The notes under the pieces: model-generated | Database searches by the model: none | Told to the model about the DNA's origin: nothing | Seen by the model: the letters and a program-made list of their open reading frames with translations, nothing else | Part shown: positions 58,304-64,000 of the stretch, in pieces | Numbering within the stretch: the first letter of the stretch is position 1 | Layout of the letters: each line of letters opens with the position of its first letter | Assembly: GCA_964529835.1 (NCBI GenBank) | Contig: CAZGZQ010000002.1 | Span: 9,341-73,340, forward strand | Direction: 5' to 3' | Source: an uncultured Pseudomonadota bacterium | Lineage (GTDB): Bacteria > Babelota > Babeliae > Babelales > Vermiphilaceae | DNA length: 64,000 nucleotides | Made by a program: the position numbers and the translations under genes

Positions 58304-60526
58304 ATGTATATTTTGATATTTTCTTTTATTTTTTTTCAAAACACAAAAGGAATGACATTTGATCAATGGAATGCATATAGTAAAACTATTCCTGAATTTC
58401 CACAACTAAGCGACCCAGAAAAACCAAATTGGCTTGATCCTGATTATGATAATTTTTTGGAAACAATACGACCATCATTTATTTCCAGGTTATTGCAAAA
58501 AAGGGGAATACAATTTCAAAAAACATGGACTCCTCTTTTTTTTAAAAACATTTTAAACAAGGTAACTGAAAATCGTCTTATTAAAAAATATGATTACAAT
58601 ACCGTTGCATTGTTAAGCATAAAAGAACCGGTCAACATATTTATTTGGGGAGACACTCATGCAGCATTTCATGCACTACTAAGGGGACTTTCGTGGCTAA
58701 AAGAAAGAAATATTATTGACGAAAAAGGCAAAATATTAGATAAAAATACTTACTTTGTATTTCACGGAGACCAAATCAGCCGTGGTCCATATTCAATGGA
58801 AACATTAAGCTTAATAATGCAAATGCTTGATGAAAACCCAGAACATGCCCTTTATATTAAAGGAAATCATGAATCTAACGGATATTGGCATAATTTTGGA
58901 CTTAAACGAGAATTGCGTATTCGAGGGTTACATCTTGATAGCAATTTTATACCATTAAGCCCAACAATAAAAAAATTTTTCAAAACATTACCAAACATAT
59001 TTTGCATTAATACACAAAAAGAACCAAATCGTTATATTGTTTTCAATTTCAATGGACTTGAAGAACCTTACATTAAAAAATTTAGCCTGTCTGATCAAAC
59101 AGAAATAAGATTTGAACATCATGATTCAATCGATACAAAAACTCTAGAAGAAGGATCATTTGTAGAAGCTGTTATCAAAACAGAAGAATGGACTAAGCAA
59201 CATCGTGCTAAAAATGGACTAGGGCTCCTTGATCAAACCTTTGGCGCAACAACCTGGGCCGTCCTTTCTTCGCCTATTGAAATCCATAAAAAATATTATG
59301 GCTTAAATAATGATGCATTTTGCAAAATTAAAATTGATCCAAACGAGATTCAAAAAAGTACCATCGAGCTTTACACACACCCATTAACAGATTCATCGTT
59401 ACAATTTAACATCACCGAAAGTTATAATTTAATTACAGCACGACCTCTTTCACATCCTCAACCAGAACCCCAAGGGCCAGACATTGTTATTGGTTCAAGT
59501 CTTTCTTTGCTTCAGGGAGTTACGATTATGGGAACACACGTCAAATCAGGTATTAGTATTGCGATTAATGAACAAAATCAGGCTGGAGGAATTAATGGAA
59601 GACATATTCGTTTTTTTCCTTTAAACGATGATTATACTCCTTATAAAACAAGAAAAAATATCGATTTTTATTTAAAAAATAATATTACTGATATTTTAAT
59701 TTGTTCAACAGGAAGTCCAACTCTTGAAGGATCTATCGATTATATTAAGGACAAAAAAATTGCTCTTATTGGACCGGTAACAGGCGATCCACTTTTTGCA
59801 AATCCTTATTTAAAGGGATTAATTAATCTAACAGGGTCATATGATATTGAAGTGCAAGCACATCTGGAAATACTTATTAAAGAACATGCAGCAAAAAATT
59901 TTGCTTTTTTTTATCAAATAGAAGGATTAAGTGCTGTGATGAAAAATGTACGGGCTATATTACAAAAGAATGGAATTACACAATGGCTTGAAATTCCCTA
60001 TTCTCGTGGAAGTGTTAATTTTCAAAAAGAGTCTCAAAAACTTAAATCAACTCAAATTGATGCCATCGGAATTTTGGCTGTTTCGCAAGCAGGACAGGCA
60101 TTTATTAGAGAGGTTACATTAGAATATTTAAGTACTAAAAAAATATTTGGTCACTCGTTTGTTGGTGACGAATCATTTCATGAATTTATTAAACATAAGG
60201 GACTTTCCATTCAACTTTCAACTCGCGTGCCAAACGCGTATACAAGCGATCTTGCAATCGTTCAGCAATACAGAGAAGTAATGGAAAAAAATGGTGCATC
60301 ATGCAGTGCAGATTCCCTTGAAGGATATATAACCACACGATTTTTAATAGATATCATGAAAGAGTGCCTTCCCAATATAAATAAAGATACAATTTTGAAC
60401 AAAATAGAATCCCTTAAAAATTTTAAATGGAATGGGTTAACATTCAATTTTGATGAAAAAACAAGAAGACTTTCAAATATTATTTGGATTGAAAAAACTG
60501 ATGGGAAACTGATACAAATCAACTAA
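58304..60526 (+). CDS. Secreted fusion: degenerate PPP-type metallophosphoesterase domain + type-I periplasmic binding protein (LivJ/Peripla_BP_6-like) domain
   Basis: It has the signal MYILIFSFIFFQ. The PPP-like blocks are IWGDTHAAFH (GDxHG-like), FHGDQISRGP (GDxxDRG with Ser for Asp) and KGNHE. The C half has IVIGSSLSL..G..SGISIAINEQNQAGGINGRHIRFFPLNDDYTP, a LivJ-like signature. Confidence 0.7.
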   Translation: MYILIFSFIFFQNTKGMTFDQWNAYSKTIPEFPQLSDPEKPNWLDPDYDNFLETIRPSFISRLLQKRGIQFQKTWTPLFFKNILNKVTENRLIKKYDYNTVALLSIKEPVNIFIWGDTHAAFHALLRGLSWLKERNIIDEKGKILDKNTYFVFHGDQISRGPYSMETLSLIMQMLDENPEHALYIKGNHESNGYWHNFGLKRELRIRGLHLDSNFIPLSPTIKKFFKTLPNIFCINTQKEPNRYIVFNFNGLEEPYIKKFSLSDQTEIRFEHHDSIDTKTLEEGSFVEAVIKTEEWTKQHRAKNGLGLLDQTFGATTWAVLSSPIEIHKKYYGLNNDAFCKIKIDPNEIQKSTIELYTHPLTDSSLQFNITESYNLITARPLSHPQPEPQGPDIVIGSSLSLLQGVTIMGTHVKSGISIAINEQNQAGGINGRHIRFFPLNDDYTPYKTRKNIDFYLKNNITDILICSTGSPTLEGSIDYIKDKKIALIGPVTGDPLFANPYLKGLINLTGSYDIEVQAHLEILIKEHAAKNFAFFYQIEGLSAVMKNVRAILQKNGITQWLEIPYSRGSVNFQKESQKLKSTQIDAIGILAVSQAGQAFIREVTLEYLSTKKIFGHSFVGDESFHEFIKHKGLSIQLSTRVPNAYTSDLAIVQQYREVMEKNGASCSADSLEGYITTRFLIDIMKECLPNINKDTILNKIESLKNFKWNGLTFNFDEKTRRLSNIIWIEKTDGKLIQIN

Positions 60527-60537
60527 AAAATATTATC

Positions 60538-60984
60538 TTATTCGTTCTTTTTTCTATTCTGATAAAAAAAATAAGGAACCTCAATAAAAAAGGATGGACT
60601 AAAAAATGCAGTCTTATAACACGTTGGCTTTAAATGACCTTGAAAAGAGTATTTCATTAGATATGGATACAAAAGTGTAAAGACAGATATTGTAACACAT
60701 CGTAAAAAAGATGGTGCCTGAGTCGGAAGTATTTCTCTGCCCATTCCTTGCTGATCTCGTCTGCAATATGTTGCAATTACATAAATCGCAACAACAAAAG
60801 ACGTCATCAAATTACACGATTGATCTAATGCTTTTCTACACCAAAAAAGATTATTTCCACAACACTCACGATATCCAAAGATATCGTGTTGCTCTTTTTT
60901 TTGATTAATTTTACTCTTACCCAAAGCAATATCATCAGCATTTAATGATACAAAATAAAAAAAAAGTAAAAAAAATTTTATCAT
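60538..60984 (-). CDS. Hypothetical Cys-rich secreted/membrane protein
   Basis: The signal peptide is MIKFFLLFFYFVSLNA. No motif was recognised. Confidence 0.45.
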   Translation of the reverse strand: MIKFFLLFFYFVSLNADDIALGKSKINQKKEQHDIFGYRECCGNNLFWCRKALDQSCNLMTSFVVAIYVIATYCRRDQQGMGREILPTQAPSFLRCVTISVFTLLYPYLMKYSFQGHLKPTCYKTAFFSPSFFIEVPYFFYQNRKKNE

Positions 60985-61025
60985 AATGTATTATTAATTT
61001 ATATTTTCTAATTAATATAGATAAA

Positions 61026-61079
61026 TTAACAATAATTGAAAGAACTTTAATAAATTAAAGTTCTTTCAATTATTGTTAA
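61026..61079 (-). terminator. 25-bp perfect inverted repeat immediately downstream of groEL; probable terminator hairpin
   Basis: ttaacaataattgaaagaactttaa (61026-61050) is the exact reverse complement of 61055-61079. It begins 19 nt after the groEL stop. Confidence 0.55.
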
Positions 61080-61097
61080 AAATTACAATACTAAATA

Positions 61098-62747
<1,650 letters not shown>

Positions 62748-62798
62748 TTATCCTTTTCTTATATATGTTTTAGTACATAAACCAAACAGTACAAACTT

Positions 62799-63086
62799 TT
62801 ATTTTTGTACAACACCCAAAATCTCATCTTCTTTTATAATCAAAAATTCATCACCAGCATCAGTACCTGCATATTTTCCAAAGAAGATAATATCATTAAC
62901 TTGAACATCAAGCGGAAACACTCTACCATCTTTGTCCTTACGACCAGCACCGACAGCCATCACAGCTCCCATTTGAGCCTTTTCTTTTGCAGCTTCAGGA
63001 ATAAAAAGGCCTGATGCCGTTCTTTCTTCTGTTGGAACTCGCTTTACAAGTACTCGATCACCGAGCGGACGTATTTTATCGAACAT
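62799..63086 (-). CDS. groS: Co-chaperonin GroES
   Basis: It starts MFDKIRPLGDRVLVKR. The ATG at 63086 is preceded by AAGGAG. The track start at 63101 is a TTG inside the SD. Confidence 0.95.
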   Translation of the reverse strand: MFDKIRPLGDRVLVKRVPTEERTASGLFIPEAAKEKAQMGAVMAVGAGRKDKDGRVFPLDVQVNDIIFFGKYAGTDAGDEFLIIKEDEILGVVQK

Positions 63087-63167
63087 AAAAACTCCTTTCA
63101 AAAGATAGTTAATGTGATATAGTTTTTTATGTTACATTTTTAAGTTAATGCAACATATTCTATAAAA

Positions 63168-63195
63168 ATTATAGAGATTATTTTATAAAGATCAA
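63168..63195 (-). promoter_or_regulatory. Sigma70-like promoter candidate for groES-groEL
   Basis: On the minus strand the sequence is TTGATC-16 nt-TATAAT. The -10 box lies inside a 7-bp palindrome, tctataa/ttataga. No CIRCE-like TTAGCACTC..GAGTGCTAA is seen. Confidence 0.35.
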
Positions 63196-63292
63196 CTTAT
63201 TTTTTTTGATAGAGAAAGACTCATATTTTTTTAAAATAGTTATCGTGCAAAATAAAAACAAACCTTAAAAGTAATAAAAAAAAGGGTAATCA

Positions 63293-63964
63293 ATGAGGCT
63301 TTTTTTGTCGCTTATGGGAATTGCAAAAATCGATTATAAGGTTATTTTTGCTCGATTTGATTCTTTAGTTGATGGATATCATCTTGATATTATGGACGGC
63401 GTATTTGTAACATCAAAAACCTATTCCGTCTATGAAAGTTATAACCTTATTAAAACGCTCACTGTAAAGCCAATATGGATACACTTAATGACCGATAACC
63501 CATATACTGATATTGAAACACTCTCAGAATTAGATGAAACAATGGTCTCATTTCATATAGAAACATGTAAAGAAATAACGGAAACAATTTTTGCCATACA
63601 GGCAAAGAAGGGCAGAGCCTCGCTTGCAATTAGCCCAAAAACACCAATTTTTGCCCTAGAACCATTTCTTAGTCAGGTTGACCATATAACAATAATGACT
63701 GTCAATCCCGGCGCATCAGGGCAAAAATTTATTGCTGAATCAATTATTAAAATACAAGAGCTTGCTAAACTTTGCAAAACCCACAATACATCAATTACTA
63801 TTGCATGTGATGGAGGAATTAATGAAAAAAATAGCTTGAATCTTAAACAAAATGGCGTTTCAGATATAGCTCTTTCAAGCGCTGTATTCAGACATAAGAC
63901 GGTCGAGGCACAAATAAAAGCACTTGCAACTCTTCGTAGACACATTGAGCAATTAAAAACCTAG
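63293..63964 (+). CDS. rpe: Ribulose-phosphate 3-epimerase (divergent N-terminus)
   Basis: It has HLDIMDGVFV, IHLM, MTVNPGASGQKF and CDGGIN. Confidence 0.85.
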   Translation: MRLFLSLMGIAKIDYKVIFARFDSLVDGYHLDIMDGVFVTSKTYSVYESYNLIKTLTVKPIWIHLMTDNPYTDIETLSELDETMVSFHIETCKEITETIFAIQAKKGRASLAISPKTPIFALEPFLSQVDHITIMTVNPGASGQKFIAESIIKIQELAKLCKTHNTSITIACDGGINEKNSLNLKQNGVSDIALSSAVFRHKTVEAQIKALATLRRHIEQLKT

Positions 63965-63969
63965 AATAA

Positions 63970-63999
63970 AAAAGGCCCCTTTTAAAAGGGGCCTTTTTT
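63970..63999 (+). terminator. Rho-independent terminator after rpe
   Basis: The ggcccc-ttttaaaa-ggggcc hairpin is followed by T6. Confidence 0.8.
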
Positions 64000-64000
64000 A

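Overview
This is an AT-rich (about one-third G+C by eye), very gene-dense bacterial chromosomal segment. It holds about 65 protein genes, 4 tRNAs (all with encoded CCA) and 1 tmRNA. I saw no rRNA, CRISPR array, transposase or integrase. The backbone is diderm housekeeping: groES-groEL, rho, polA, cysS, bamA, ftsL-like/ftsI, secF, rpmA, skp-like/pth, smpB-ssrA, tsaD, trx, rpe, a csp + DEAD-box helicase operon and a pilC-like gene. Between these lie many lineage-specific or eukaryote-like genes, most carrying an N-terminal signal or anchor peptide. They include a YopJ-family gene, a eukaryote-type OMP decarboxylase with a dead paralogue, a PP2C phosphatase, kinase-fold proteins, HAD-like proteins, a MEMO-AMMECR1 fusion, a 4x Cache protein and a Hint-like protein. 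This mix suggests a host-associated, possibly protist-infecting lineage such as Dependentiae/TM6-like bacteria, but that is inference only. Top candidates for follow-up: (1) A translationally coupled pair at 57257-60526, a pentameric ligand-gated ion channel homologue plus a secreted degenerate PPP-phosphatase/LivJ-type binding-domain fusion. (2) A YopJ-family gene embedded in a tRNA cluster and split exactly at an in-frame A_AAA_AAG heptamer (-1 frameshift candidate). (3) A second gene split at an A9 tract. (4) A signal-peptide-bearing eukaryote-type OMP decarboxylase with a catalytically dead tandem copy. (5) A toxin/immunity-like pair at the left edge. All functional calls come from reading motifs by eye; no database search was run.
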